From a bacterium (lineage in GTDB: Bacteria; Patescibacteriota; Microgenomatia; UBA1400; PJMF01), in assembly GCA_027620445.1 (NCBI GenBank), contig JAQBYG010000002.1:1130-65129 (forward strand): a stretch of DNA of 64,000 bases, in the 5' to 3' direction. The translations under genes and the position numbers were made by a program. This document shows positions 1-10,194 of this stretch, one piece after another. Every line of letters starts with the position of its first letter. The first letter of the stretch is position 1. The notes under the pieces were generated by a model that saw only the letters and a list, made by a program, of their open reading frames with translations, searched no databases and was not told the origin of the DNA.

Positions 1-188
1 CCCAAAGGTATGTGATTGCTTCCGTTATATCTATTATAGGATAAAGATAGTACAATGGAGTAACTCTTAATCAACTATTGTTTCTCCGTATTGATTTTGC
101 GCTCCCAAGGCATTTCTAAGCAGAAGCTTTTACATTTGATCGAAATTATTACTACTTGTTAGTTTGAGTTAACAGATACCCTCATTGT

Positions 189-1241
189 ATGATTGCATAT
201 TTTATTCTAGTACATCGTTATCCCAACCAATTCAAAAAACTCTTTTCCGCTATACATGATTCTAAGAATCAGTATCTAATACATATTGATAAAAAAAGCA
301 GCTAAAAATGACCGAAAGCAGATTGAGCTTTTTTTACAAGAATTTTTTAACGCACATATTTTAAAATGCCAAAATGTTGTCTGGGGAGGATATAGCATGG
401 TAGATATAGAACTAAAGGGCATCAAAAAACTCCTCACGCTCAATAAAAAAATGGGAGTACTTTATTAATTTGAGTGGTCAAGATTATCCACTGCAATCTC
501 AAAAGAACATTCGACGATTTCTTACTACTCAGCAGGGGAGCAGTTTTGTGAAGATCAGTAATCAAATTACGGATCGTCCTAACACTCTCAACCGAATTAG
601 AAGCTTTTTTACCGAATCAAAAACCGGATTTACTGGCAAACCATTCAAACGTGACTTCCTGCCAAATGTGACACCTTACATTGGTGGACAATGGAAAATT
701 CTCAGTAGAGAATGTTGCGAGTTTATAACCACAAATCCCAAAGTAGCAAAGTTTAGAAAATACTCTCATTCCTGATGAAAGTTTTTTTCAAACGGTATTG
801 ATGAACACGCAATTCACAGGAAAAATTATCAATGATGATAAACGAGCAATCATCTGGATACCCGATTTTAGAACGAAAAATCAAGCAAAAAAATTGTCTG
901 CACTGACTACAACTGCACTCATTGCAAGTGGAGAGATCAAGCTACGCCCGAAGACATTTAGTGCAAATGATATGCCGTATTTACTGCAAAGCACAGCCTT
1001 GTTTGCGCGAAAGTTTGATGAAACAACCGATGCCACTCTGTTTGATTTGTTGGAGAAGAAAATCAGAAATTATTCATTCTCGAACTTACAAAACATCACC
1101 TCTGGAACCCCTTTCCATGCAAACAGAGAGCTCAAGATGTTTTCAGTAAGTGAACTAGTTAAGATAGTAAAAAATAAAGAACCGTTAATAAGTCTTAACA
1201 CAAGTTCACATCCAAAACTAAAATCTCACTCTTACTTGTAA
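189..1241 (+). pseudogene. Glycosyltransferase family 14 (core-2/I-branching type) gene broken by at least three frameshifts
   Basis: GT14 motifs lie in three consecutive frames. Frame 0 has MIAYFILVHRYPNQ...YLIHIDKKS, frame 1 has NVVWGGYSMVDIEL, frame 2 has YFINLSGQDYPL, and frame 0 again carries the C-terminal third (ORF 798..1241). The frame switches coincide with an A7 run near 291-297, the TTTATT near 460 and a T7 run near 785-791. Confidence 0.55.
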
Positions 1242-1287
1242 TCAACCTTGATATGATCAAGCGCTCTTTGGAATGGTTCTGGACAAA

Positions 1288-1318
1288 AAAAACGACGCTG
1301 GATGAGCGTCGTTTTTCC
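1288..1318. terminator. Bidirectional rho-independent terminator hairpin (ACGACGCTGGATGAGCGTCGT flanked by A-run and T-run)
   Basis: A perfect 8-bp GC-rich inverted repeat has a poly-A tract on one side and a poly-T tract on the other. It sits between convergent genes. Confidence 0.6.
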
Positions 1319-1336
1319 AAAAACTAACTAAAAGAA

Positions 1337-1417
1337 TTACTTCTTCTTAGCAGCCGTTTTTTTTGTAGCTTTTTTAACTGCTTTTTTTGCAGTTGCTTTC
1401 TTCTTTGCGGCAGGCAT
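1337..1417 (-). CDS. 26-aa lysine/alanine-rich small basic protein (MPAAKKKATAKKAVKKATKKTAAKKK)
   Basis: The ORF is below the 60-aa cutoff of the track. It has a strong SD (AAAGGAG) 4-5 nt upstream of the ATG and the terminator hairpin directly downstream. Confidence 0.4.
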   Translation of the reverse strand: MPAAKKKATAKKAVKKATKKTAAKKK

Positions 1418-1522
1418 GTCGCTCCTTTATTCCCTCACTTCAGCAAAAATTGCTTGGTGAGAATGTTATTAGTAATACTACTAAAGAAGCTATACATCGC
1501 ATTGTCAATAGGATTTTGTATA

Positions 1523-2080
1523 TCAGCGAATCATTGTCTCGACCCACCCGCCAAGCACATACGCAGCCACGGCTGCAATCGCACCAACTCCCAGCATCTC
1601 TAAACCACCATAGATCCAGTGTCGCTCCTCAAATCTGGTGCGTAGCGAACCGACCAAAAAGAGTGCGCCAGCTGTTGAAAAAATGGAGAGATTAAACTGT
1701 GCATCTTCGGGAATAGGTGCTCCCAGTGCGCGTGCAAAATAGGGCAGCAATGGCATAGATCCGGCAATGACAAATGCAATGAAGGTGACCAAGCCAGACT
1801 TCCACAATCCTTTTGATTCAGAGTGGCCCGTGTGCTTTTGACGCATGTTTTGCTCTGACCGCTCACCAAGGTAATCACCAAAACCCATAGCCATGCCATC
1901 CGCAATCATGTTTGCGATTCCGAGAATAACTATGATGCTCGCTGCTAAATGTGCACCAGACACACCTGCCACCACAGCAAAAGTCGTAACAATGCCATCG
2001 TTGGCACCATACACAGCTGCTTTGAGTAGGCGGGGATTAAATCGGTAATTCACCAGACTATTTTCGCAGATACAGCTCAC
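1523..2080 (-). CDS. VIT1/CCC1 family iron/manganese transporter
   Basis: YGANDGIVTTFAVVAGV motif plus multiple TM segments, typical of PF01988. Confidence 0.8.
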   Translation of the reverse strand: MSCICENSLVNYRFNPRLLKAAVYGANDGIVTTFAVVAGVSGAHLAASIIVILGIANMIADGMAMGFGDYLGERSEQNMRQKHTGHSESKGLWKSGLVTFIAFVIAGSMPLLPYFARALGAPIPEDAQFNLSIFSTAGALFLVGSLRTRFEERHWIYGGLEMLGVGAIAAVAAYVLGGWVETMIR

Positions 2081-2147
2081 AACTTCAACAGTCGTAGACT
2101 TTGGTCATGTACAGTGCTTTTTTTGCATGCTACCTTTGTTGTAGTAA

Positions 2148-2921
2148 ATGGAAAATAACTACCAGGAATTCTATAAATCCGCACAGATTGCTGTCGACAA
2201 GGCTGAAGCAGTCATTCTCAAGTACTTTCATGAGCAGAACTTTTCTATTGAACAGAAAGCAGATAACACTCCAGTGACCGCAGCAGACAAAGCTGCAGAG
2301 CGGATCATCAAAGAGCACTTACATAAAACCTTTCCTTCGCATGGCTACTTTGGAGAAGAGGAGGGTGACGAGAGCAAAGAAGCAGAGTTTGTCTGGACCA
2401 TCGATCCGATTGATGGAACAAAAAACTTTGTTCGTGGTCTACCGCTTTTTTCTACTGAGCTCGCCATGCTACACAACGGGAAACCAGTTGTTGGTATATC
2501 TAACTTTCCGATTCTCAAACAACGAGCTCAGGCCGCCAAAGGCATCGGGGCATTTGTTGGCACAGAACAAATTACAGTGAGTAAAATAGCAAAACTAGAA
2601 AATGCCTACGTCAGTCACGGCGGTATCAAGCATTTTGACAAAAAAAATCTATTGACACCTTTGCTCAAAATTTCATATCTAGCACAATCGACTCGCGGCT
2701 TTGGCGATAGTTGGAGTTTTCAACAACTCGCCCAAGGTAAAATCGATGTCTCTCTAGAGGCGCATGTTCGGCTCTGGGACATTGCCGCCCAAAGTATCAT
2801 TATCGAAGAAGCCGGCGGCACAGTAACAGACATATATGGCAAACAAATTGGATTTGATACGGCGACAGTTCTAGCCAGTAACGGCCTGCTTCACCAGGAA
2901 CTGCTCGACCTGCTATGCTAG
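2148..2921 (+). CDS. Inositol monophosphatase family protein (SuhB/IMPase-like)
   Basis: WTIDPIDGTKNF metal-binding motif and EEE acidic patch; length 257 aa. Confidence 0.8.
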   Translation: MENNYQEFYKSAQIAVDKAEAVILKYFHEQNFSIEQKADNTPVTAADKAAERIIKEHLHKTFPSHGYFGEEEGDESKEAEFVWTIDPIDGTKNFVRGLPLFSTELAMLHNGKPVVGISNFPILKQRAQAAKGIGAFVGTEQITVSKIAKLENAYVSHGGIKHFDKKNLLTPLLKISYLAQSTRGFGDSWSFQQLAQGKIDVSLEAHVRLWDIAAQSIIIEEAGGTVTDIYGKQIGFDTATVLASNGLLHQELLDLLC

Positions 2922-2925
2922 TTGC

Positions 2926-4182
2926 ATGCATATTTCTCACATAACCGCGTACGAAATAATAGCTTCCGGAGGCTACCCAACTCTCGAGGTGGAACTCACT
3001 CTTTCTGATGGTAGTACGGGAGTGGCCTCAGTCCCTTATGGTGCTTCGGCAGGATCACACGAAGCGACAGTCTTGGTTGATGGCGACAAAAAACGCTACA
3101 ACGGAAACGGGATGCTGACAGCTATCGATCATGTGGATGAAATTCTCAAACCTGTTTTGACCCAGCAAACATTTACAACCCAAGCAGAGCTCGATAAAAC
3201 CATGATTGGCATCGATGGTACTACCAATAAAAAGAAACTTGGTGGCAACACAATTCTCGCAATCTCTCTCGCGTACGCCAAAGCAGTGGCGAGTAGTCGC
3301 AAGCAACCGCTCTATACCTATATTCTTGAAGAATTCAAGTTACCAACCGTCCGCACGCTACCAAAACCAATGCTCGTCACGATCGAGGGAGGCAAACATG
3401 CAGACAACTCAACTGATCTACAAGAGTTCTGTCTTTCGGCGATGGGAAGCAAACCAACCCACGAACAGATCCGGGCGACACTCGAAACATATCATCAGGT
3501 GAAAAAGATTTTGCATAGTGAAGGCCTATCAACAAATGTCGGCAACGAAGGCGCCTTTGCACCGAGCGGTTTGCCATCAAATGAGAAACCACTCGAATAC
3601 TTAGTTGCAGCGATCAAGCAAGCCGGTTACGAGCCAGGCAAGGACATCGGCATCTCAATCGATGCGGCAGCAAGCGAGTACTACATTGATAAGACATATC
3701 ATCTGAAATTGGAAAAAACGAGTTACGACTCAAAACAAATGGTTGAGTATTACCGACCTTGGCTCGAGAAATATCCAATTGTTAGCTTTGAAGATATGCT
3801 GGACGAGGATGACTGGGACAACTGGCCAGCTATGCAGAAGCTTTGCGCTGAGTTTACTGTGCCGCTCATCGGCGATGACCTCACGGTCACCAATACCAAA
3901 CGACTGCAAAAAGCTATCGAACTTTCTGCAGTATCTGGAGTACTCGTGAAGTTAAATCAAATCGGCACGCTCACCGAAACAATCGAGTGCTGCAAACTTG
4001 CACAAAAACATAATTTGATGATCGTACCGTCCCATCGAGGTGGGGGAGAAACAAACGACACCAGTATGGTCGACGTCGCAGTGGCAGTTGGGGCCTCGTA
4101 TATCAAAGTCGGACCCACGCGTGGCGAACGAGTCTCAAAATATAACCGGCTCCTGGAGATAGAACGGGAAGCAACAGCCTAA
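2926..4182 (+). CDS. eno: Enolase (phosphopyruvate hydratase), paralog 1 (divergent)
   Basis: Enolase motifs are present (ISIDAAASEYY, IGDDLTVTN, KLNQIGTLTET, SHRGGGETND, KYNRLLEIE). The sequence has atypical substitutions, for example HRGGGET instead of HRSGET and FEDML instead of IEDPF. Confidence 0.8.
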   Translation: MHISHITAYEIIASGGYPTLEVELTLSDGSTGVASVPYGASAGSHEATVLVDGDKKRYNGNGMLTAIDHVDEILKPVLTQQTFTTQAELDKTMIGIDGTTNKKKLGGNTILAISLAYAKAVASSRKQPLYTYILEEFKLPTVRTLPKPMLVTIEGGKHADNSTDLQEFCLSAMGSKPTHEQIRATLETYHQVKKILHSEGLSTNVGNEGAFAPSGLPSNEKPLEYLVAAIKQAGYEPGKDIGISIDAAASEYYIDKTYHLKLEKTSYDSKQMVEYYRPWLEKYPIVSFEDMLDEDDWDNWPAMQKLCAEFTVPLIGDDLTVTNTKRLQKAIELSAVSGVLVKLNQIGTLTETIECCKLAQKHNLMIVPSHRGGGETNDTSMVDVAVAVGASYIKVGPTRGERVSKYNRLLEIEREATA

Positions 4183-4739
4183 GCTCGAGAAAAATAACTC
4201 ATCGTCGCGGTGTCGATAATCAGCGAGTCACCAGTTTTGACAAAAAGTGGCGCGAGTAGAGAGTGGCCTGTTTCGAGCTCCACCATTTTGCGTGCCTGCC
4301 CAACAGTATTACCACCATCTGCATCTTCGGCGTGCGCGACGACAAGCGTCACTTTGTCTGGCAATCGTACTCCAATGGGTTTTTCGTCGAACATGAGAAT
4401 GTAGACAGATAATTCTTCCTTTAACAATTTGCGCTGCTCACCAACCAAATCCACTGGCACGGTCATTTGTTCAAACGTGCCCCCATCCATAAATACCAAC
4501 TCGTCACCATCTTGGTACAGATACTGCATCTGCTTACTAGATACCTCGACTTGCTCGACATTTTCTTGTGATTTGAAGGTAAAGTCGGTCGTCCCGGTTG
4601 CCAACACACTCTTGAGCTTTACGCGCATCAGAGCAGATCCTTTGCCCGGACTCATAAAATCTGTTTTAGTCACCTGATACGGAGCATTCTTAAAGAGAAT
4701 GTACATACCTTTGCGAATGTTGCCTGCTTTGATCGTCAT
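4179..4739 (-). CDS. efp: Elongation factor P
   Basis: EF-P N-terminal KOW motif with the conserved Lys in the PGKGSA loop; 186 aa; three-domain length. Confidence 0.85.
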   Translation of the reverse strand: MTIKAGNIRKGMYILFKNAPYQVTKTDFMSPGKGSALMRVKLKSVLATGTTDFTFKSQENVEQVEVSSKQMQYLYQDGDELVFMDGGTFEQMTVPVDLVGEQRKLLKEELSVYILMFDEKPIGVRLPDKVTLVVAHAEDADGGNTVGQARKMVELETGHSLLAPLFVKTGDSLIIDTATMSYFSRA

Positions 4740-4774
4740 ACGTCGGAAATTGTATCACAGAGTATACTACCACC

Positions 4775-5473
4775 ATGCCTAGTATAAAATTACAACAAGC
4801 ATTGGCTCAAGCTGGAGTTGCCTCACGTCGCAAGGCGGAAGAGATGATTCTTGCCAAGCGCATCAAAGTGAATGGCGAACTCGCCCATATCGGCCAGCGC
4901 GTCGATCTGGCTCTCGATAAGATAGAGTTTGATCAGCAACTTGTCACCCAGCCAGAGGGTAAGAGGTATTTTCTCGTCTACAAGCCAGCAGGGCTCGTCT
5001 CTACTACTTCCGACGAGCAGGGTAGAGAAACAGTACTTTCACTCTTACCAAAAGATGTGAGTGAACGACTCTTCCCCGTTGGCAGGTTAGATAAAGACAG
5101 CGAAGGCTTATTGCTCCTTACCAATGATGGTGAGTACGCCAATACCTTGCTGCACCCGAGCTTTGGCACACAAAAGACCTACGAAGTTACTGTTACCGGT
5201 AGTGTCAGCAGCAAAGCGCTCGAGCACTTGCGCAGAGGAGTGAAGTTAAAAGAGGGCTATATCGCCCCTGACTCCGCAACAATTCTCGACGTTATCGGCA
5301 GTAGCACAATTCTTGAGGTCGTATTGTCCGAAGGTAAAAAGCATGAGATTCGTCGCATGATGCGTCGCATCGGCTACATCGTGACAAAACTCGTACGTAC
5401 AAAGTTTGGTCCCTATTCTCTCGAAACGCTCGAAGAAACCGATTGCATTGAGCTTCCACCTCCTATTAAATGA
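4775..5473 (+). CDS. Pseudouridine synthase, RsuA/RluB family
   Basis: N-terminal S4 domain (ALAQAGVASRRKAEEMI) and catalytic GRLDKDSEGLLLLTNDG motif. Confidence 0.8.
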   Translation: MPSIKLQQALAQAGVASRRKAEEMILAKRIKVNGELAHIGQRVDLALDKIEFDQQLVTQPEGKRYFLVYKPAGLVSTTSDEQGRETVLSLLPKDVSERLFPVGRLDKDSEGLLLLTNDGEYANTLLHPSFGTQKTYEVTVTGSVSSKALEHLRRGVKLKEGYIAPDSATILDVIGSSTILEVVLSEGKKHEIRRMMRRIGYIVTKLVRTKFGPYSLETLEETDCIELPPPIK

Positions 5474-5513
5474 AAGACGCCGGGAAGATGGAGGCTTTTG
5501 TTATACTAAACCA

Positions 5514-6167
5514 ATGATCAAAGCAGTAATTTTTGACATGAACGGCATCATTATTGATGACGAGCACATCCATGAGCTCGCATTCAGCCACGTTGTGCAG
5601 CGATTTGGAATTGAGATCTCTCACGAACTGTACTTAGAGTGTTGTGCAGGCAGAACTGATAGAGCGGGTTTTGAAACCATTGCAGAACGCTTTTCCGTAC
5701 CACTTCCGATTGACGCAGTTTTGGTCGAAAAAAGCCAAGCCTATCTAACATTATTTCCTAAAACTAAAAAAGCTTTCCCCGGAGTTCTCGAGCTACTTCA
5801 CTCATTAGAAAAAACTGATCTCACCCTAGCACTTGTTTCGAGTGCGTCTCGAATCGAAGTTGAGTTGGTAATCAAAGAGTTTGGACTCACAAATACCTTT
5901 GTACAAACAATCTCAGCCGACGACGTTACACTAGGCAAACCAGATCCAGAACCGTACCAAAAAATGATAAGACTCCTTGGACTAAAAGCTGATGAATGTG
6001 TGGTCATCGAAGATTCGCGAAACGGTGTACTCTCTGCCAAAGCTGCTGGTTGTGCTTGTGTGGCAGTGACGACGACACATGAGAGAGAAGATCTGCTGGA
6101 GGCGGATTTAACCGTGGACAGGTTTGAGGAATTGGATGAGGATAAATTGAGGGCTGTTTCGTCATGA
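5514..6167 (+). CDS. HAD-superfamily hydrolase (beta-phosphoglucomutase-like subfamily IA)
   Basis: Motif I (VIFDMNGIIIDDE) and motif IV (VVIEDSRNGVLSAKAAG). The ORF track starts at 5406, but the likely ATG is at 5514. Confidence 0.7.
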   Translation: MIKAVIFDMNGIIIDDEHIHELAFSHVVQRFGIEISHELYLECCAGRTDRAGFETIAERFSVPLPIDAVLVEKSQAYLTLFPKTKKAFPGVLELLHSLEKTDLTLALVSSASRIEVELVIKEFGLTNTFVQTISADDVTLGKPDPEPYQKMIRLLGLKADECVVIEDSRNGVLSAKAAGCACVAVTTTHEREDLLEADLTVDRFEELDEDKLRAVSS

Positions 6168-6214
6168 AGAATTCCAAAATAATTATCTGAATGATGATTT
6201 AGAGATACAACTGA

Positions 6215-7327
6215 TTATTTGGTTGTATTAGTTGCTGAGTTAGCTCGATTCTCTAGAGCGGCTTGATACTCGAGTAGGTGTTTCTTTCTGGTTTCCACAC
6301 TTGCTCCCGGAACGCCTTCTAGTCGTACCAATTTTGGAAGTCTCGCCAAAAGCCGAGCAAATCTTCGTAATATTTCTTTGCGGACACCATTGTTCGATGC
6401 TGGGTTTTGATTAATAAGCCGCGCATTAGGGTGAATAACGTTGAAATTAGTATGTACAAAAGATAGACCGCGACGATTCGGCCGAGCATCGATGGGTACA
6501 CCAGGCTGATTGATAAAGTCGCACTTGATTGCAACCAAAAAGGTACCGGGAAATGCTGTCACAGACCCATAAGTTCCACCTCCTGCCAAATTAGCTTCAT
6601 TCCCACTGAAAACACAATTCATTAGCTCGGCATAAGAACCCGCCGAAAGTAAATCAATTGCTGCACCTGTATCCTGACATCTGTTATTTTCAAATCTACA
6701 GTTAGTTGCACTGAGGCTACCTCCAAGGTTTGAAATTGCGCCACCACAAATTGCTGAGTAATTGTCGATAAATGTACAATCCTCGAGCTTAACCGTCGAT
6801 GCTTCTCCCATTGAAATTGCACCTCCATCAAGGAAGCGAAAAATGTTCATTCTCTTTTCTGGAGAATTCTCCAAAGGACCTTCATTTTTTTGAAAAATGG
6901 CTTCAGTATTGCCTCCTCGAAATGTTAATCCCTTCACTGAAACTCGAATGCCGTCCTCAATAAACATGAGATGCTGCGCAATACCCTTGCCATCAAGCAT
7001 TGCCTTGCCAACGATCGTAATATCTTCAGTGATTGTCAGCATGCTAAAAGGAGCAGGTGACTCGACAAAAAAATAACCCTCGAGGCGAATTGTTTTGTAT
7101 CCAGCTCTCAGCGCAACATCTACCTGGGATTGCAAAGTATAACGACCATCTGGTCTGATTATACATTCGTTGTTGTTTTCTGCTTCAGGACTGTGCACTT
7201 TATATAATCCCTTCCTTTGTCGGCCCAACCAGCCGCACGTAGTCATTCGCCAACATCCCCACCGAAAATGACTTATCGCCAGCATTGAAAATAATCTTTT
7301 CGTTCTCCAAGAGGGTAGGGTCGACAA
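6215..7327 (-). CDS. Right-handed parallel beta-helix repeat protein (pectate-lyase fold), function unknown
   Basis: Repeated G/N-rich beta-helix rungs (NCVFSGNEANLAGGG, CRFENNRC, FIDNYSAICGGA). The true start is probably downstream of the ORF-track start, which overlaps the neighbouring gene. Confidence 0.5.
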   Translation of the reverse strand: MSTLPSWRTKRLFSMLAISHFRWGCWRMTTCGWLGRQRKGLYKVHSPEAENNNECIIRPDGRYTLQSQVDVALRAGYKTIRLEGYFFVESPAPFSMLTITEDITIVGKAMLDGKGIAQHLMFIEDGIRVSVKGLTFRGGNTEAIFQKNEGPLENSPEKRMNIFRFLDGGAISMGEASTVKLEDCTFIDNYSAICGGAISNLGGSLSATNCRFENNRCQDTGAAIDLLSAGSYAELMNCVFSGNEANLAGGGTYGSVTAFPGTFLVAIKCDFINQPGVPIDARPNRRGLSFVHTNFNVIHPNARLINQNPASNNGVRKEILRRFARLLARLPKLVRLEGVPGASVETRKKHLLEYQAALENRANSATNTTK

Positions 7328-7730
7328 AAACTTCTAGTCCAAATAGATTTCCAAACGGTGGCACACCACCCAGCAAAACCCCGCCAGTAATTTCCAAAAC
7401 TTCCTCCTCAGTCGCAAAACGAATATTTTTCGCCCCAAGTAATTTCTTGACCTTGTCTGAATCAAAGCGAGCGTCTCCTGGCATCACGAGCATCACAAAT
7501 CGCTTTTCGGTACTCGAAATCTTTACTCGGATCAAAATAGCTTTCGCTCCTTGCGCCAGCGTATATCCATCACGAAGTTGGGCGGCTTCCTCACTCGTCC
7601 GTACAGGCTCGTGCTCGAACGTTTCGTGCCAACAATTGTTTTTCTCGAGAATTTCAAGAATCTGAGAAACAACGGGGTGGTAGTTATTCAGTATAGGACT
7701 CTGCATTTCTGTGAGGGAAGTATAACTCAA
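7200..7730 (-). CDS. YbaK/ProX-type aminoacyl-tRNA deacylase domain protein
   Basis: Length (176 aa) and sequence pattern (GAKAILIRVK, GGVPPFG) fit the YbaK/ProRS-associated editing domain. Confidence 0.55.
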   Translation of the reverse strand: MSYTSLTEMQSPILNNYHPVVSQILEILEKNNCWHETFEHEPVRTSEEAAQLRDGYTLAQGAKAILIRVKISSTEKRFVMLVMPGDARFDSDKVKKLLGAKNIRFATEEEVLEITGGVLLGGVPPFGNLFGLEVFVDPTLLENEKIIFNAGDKSFSVGMLANDYVRLVGPTKEGII

Positions 7731-7788
7731 AACGGAACAGCACGGTACTATACTCCCCGAATACTCACTGAGGGGAAAGGAATCTCTA

Positions 7789-8123
7789 TGTCACGTCCTG
7801 AGTCTGAACACCAGGAATCAAAACTAATTTATCTAAAAGAATGGAAGTTAGAGAACAGAAACAGAGTAGTCATTCCCATGATAATTATCAGCAACACTCA
7901 TTCTGGAAGAAAGTGCCAAGTCTGGCTTAACTTTACATTTAGAAGTGAGTTGATAAAAAATCCAGGTGAGATTGTTAGGGGACTTCCACAAGTAAAAATA
8001 GCAGACAATACTTCATTCACAGTCTGGTCTACTGCTTCAGAATTTGACATAGTGCAAATTGTTAGAAAACTCCTGGAAGGCCTCTGCTACGTAGAAGTTT
8101 TGAACACAACTACTTCACAGTAA
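7789..8123 (+). CDS. Hypothetical protein (AT-rich, no recognisable domain)
   Basis: Part of ORF 7551..8123 that does not overlap the gene on the opposite strand. Local GC is lower than surroundings. Confidence 0.25.
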
Positions 8124-9879
8124 CACTTTTCGCCAAATTTCTCGGCTTGTCAGGATCACGATCGAGCAGAAGTGCTAGCTCGTAGGCGAGTAGCTGCATG
8201 CCCACACTATATGCAATGGTGCTGCTCAGACCAGTGTGCCGTATCGGCAAGCAGTACGAAAACACTTCATTCGGCTCATCCGTAATACCAATAGTGTAAC
8301 CACCCCTGCTTTTGATCTCGATTGCGGTAGAGATCATATCTTGATAGCTAGAATCTTTGGGTGCCAACAAAATACACGGCGTACCTGGCTCAATCAATGC
8401 TATCACTCCATGCTTGAGCTCGCCTGCGGCAAATCCTTCCGTGTGTATATAGGTGACTTCTTTTATTTTAAGCGCGCCCTCTAGGGCAGCCGGATACAGA
8501 GCGCCTCTACCCAACACAAATGAGTGCTCGGCTTTTTTCAGCTTTTGCGCCAAAGGTCTGAGGTACTTCTCTCGATACTGCTTGGTCAGTATGCGCGAGA
8601 CTTCTTGTATCGTCGCTTGTAGTTCTTTCTTGCCTTGCTCTAAAGTTCCAGCCATTTCGTGTGCAAGCAAAAAGAGTACTGCGACCTTGGCAGTCCAAGA
8701 CTTTGTTGCCAACACACACTGCTCCGGTCCGGCTCCCAAAAGAACCTTGTGCTCAGTGGCTCGCTCTAGCGAAGAACCGAGTCTATTCACAATGGCGCCA
8801 AACGAGCGCTTGTTCTGCTGTAGGATCGCGACACTCTCGAGCAAATCGATCGTCTCGCCGCTCTGAGAAATGAACGTTACAAACCCATCACTCGTAAACA
8901 GTGAGCGCGCGGCTGCAAACTCGCTACCCATGTAGGCAGAGCTACTTCTCTTTGCCAAACTTGATAAAAAGTAGACTCCAAGCAGGGCGGCATGGTACGC
9001 ACTGCCACACCCAACAAACGCGAGTTCATCGCTCAGCTGTTTGGCAAAGATTGACAAACTCAGGTGTGCAGTGTCATGAACATGTTGTAACACTTTGGGC
9101 TGTTCTGCAATTTCCTTGATCATAAAATGTGGATACTCACCCAGACTCAAGTCTTCCGCAGAAACATCCAGCTTGCTCCACAGAATTTGTTTTTGCGTAA
9201 GGGTTTCAACTTCATAGAATTCGACACTATCGCTCTGACACACAACTAAATCTCCCTCCTGAAAATAATAAACACTCTCTGTGTATTCGCTCAAAGCAGC
9301 AGCATCACTGGCAAGGTACCGCCCCGTACCATCTACTCCCAGAGCTAGTGGAGAGCCTTTGCTAACCGCAATCAACTGATCAGATACAAGATCCATCACC
9401 ACCAAGGCATTGAGTCCCTGAATGTCCAGAACAGCGCGTTGGACTGCGGTCAAAAAGTCGTAGGACTCACGGTAGTAAGAGATCAATTGCACCGCTACTT
9501 CAGTGTCCGTTTCGGAGACAAAAACATACCCTTTTGCACGCAAATCATCTCTGAGCTCTTGATAGTTTTCGATGATGCCATTGTGCACCAAGGCAATTTG
9601 TTTTTTTGTATCCAAGTGTGGGTGTGCATTTTGCACAGTGACACCGCCATGCGTTGCCCAGCGAGTGTGTCCAATCGCACTAGCACCAACAAACTTTGTA
9701 CCCAAAGTAGCTGTGCCAATTTTCCCAACATGCTTCTCTACCAAAAACTGTGGTTTTCCAGTAGCACGCAGCGCAACTCCCCAACTGTCGTAGCCTCGAT
9801 ACTCGAGCAGTTTTAGACCTTTGAGCACAAGCGCTGCAGCGTCATTTTTTGTACCAATATATCCAAATATTCCACACAT
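8110..9879 (-). CDS. glmS: Glutamine--fructose-6-phosphate aminotransferase
   Basis: MCGIFGYIG N-terminal nucleophile Cys2 and two SIS domains. The ORF track gives an extended start at 9903. Confidence 0.9.
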   Translation of the reverse strand: MCGIFGYIGTKNDAAALVLKGLKLLEYRGYDSWGVALRATGKPQFLVEKHVGKIGTATLGTKFVGASAIGHTRWATHGGVTVQNAHPHLDTKKQIALVHNGIIENYQELRDDLRAKGYVFVSETDTEVAVQLISYYRESYDFLTAVQRAVLDIQGLNALVVMDLVSDQLIAVSKGSPLALGVDGTGRYLASDAAALSEYTESVYYFQEGDLVVCQSDSVEFYEVETLTQKQILWSKLDVSAEDLSLGEYPHFMIKEIAEQPKVLQHVHDTAHLSLSIFAKQLSDELAFVGCGSAYHAALLGVYFLSSLAKRSSSAYMGSEFAAARSLFTSDGFVTFISQSGETIDLLESVAILQQNKRSFGAIVNRLGSSLERATEHKVLLGAGPEQCVLATKSWTAKVAVLFLLAHEMAGTLEQGKKELQATIQEVSRILTKQYREKYLRPLAQKLKKAEHSFVLGRGALYPAALEGALKIKEVTYIHTEGFAAGELKHGVIALIEPGTPCILLAPKDSSYQDMISTAIEIKSRGGYTIGITDEPNEVFSYCLPIRHTGLSSTIAYSVGMQLLAYELALLLDRDPDKPRNLAKSVTVK

Positions 9880-9939
9880 ACGGTTTCTCCTGTGATACGA
9901 CAAATACGAAAAAACAAATGAAAATTTTTTTGCGGGCTA

Positions 9940-10120
9940 CTCAAATGTGACTCTTTATTTTTCTCTTTACAGAGAAGGTTTGAAGTACATCTCACGACAG
10001 TAGAATGCCGATGGGTTTCCGCAGATACTTTTTGCCTTACAGCAAAAGTCCGATCCCTAAGCCATAAAAACTTAGGCCCATTCCTCGTATCCCCAAAACT
10101 TGGGGCCACACGCTCAGATT
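9940..10120 (-). ncRNA. Candidate glmS ribozyme/riboswitch in the glmS 5' leader
   Basis: The leader is about 300 nt and has no coding potential. The minus-strand RNA contains AGCG...GGCCCCAAGUUUUGGGG...ACGAGGA...GGGAUCGGACUUUUG...CUGCGGAAACCC...CUUCAAACC...AAAGAGAAA...UCACAU. These match the GACGAGG core and the CUUCAAACC / AAAGAGAAAUCACAU P3-P4 strings of Bacillus glmS ribozymes, compared from memory. Confidence 0.5.
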
Positions 10121-10194
10121 ACAAATTCCGCTTACACCTCCTTTCACAACTCAATACAAAAGTGAGTATACACTGCTGATATACTTGTTAATTA

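Noticed and set aside
922-1149. 75-aa internal ORF
   Set aside because: It is nested out of frame inside the C-terminal segment of the frameshifted GT14 gene.
8236-9793. Several 70-137-aa ORFs on the plus strand inside glmS
   Set aside because: They are antisense to a well-supported conserved gene and are typical shadow ORFs in GC-moderate sequence.
9813-10109. 98-aa minus-strand ORF overlapping the glmS start and leader
   Set aside because: It is in a different frame from glmS and covers the candidate ribozyme. The true glmS start is MCGIFGY at 9879.
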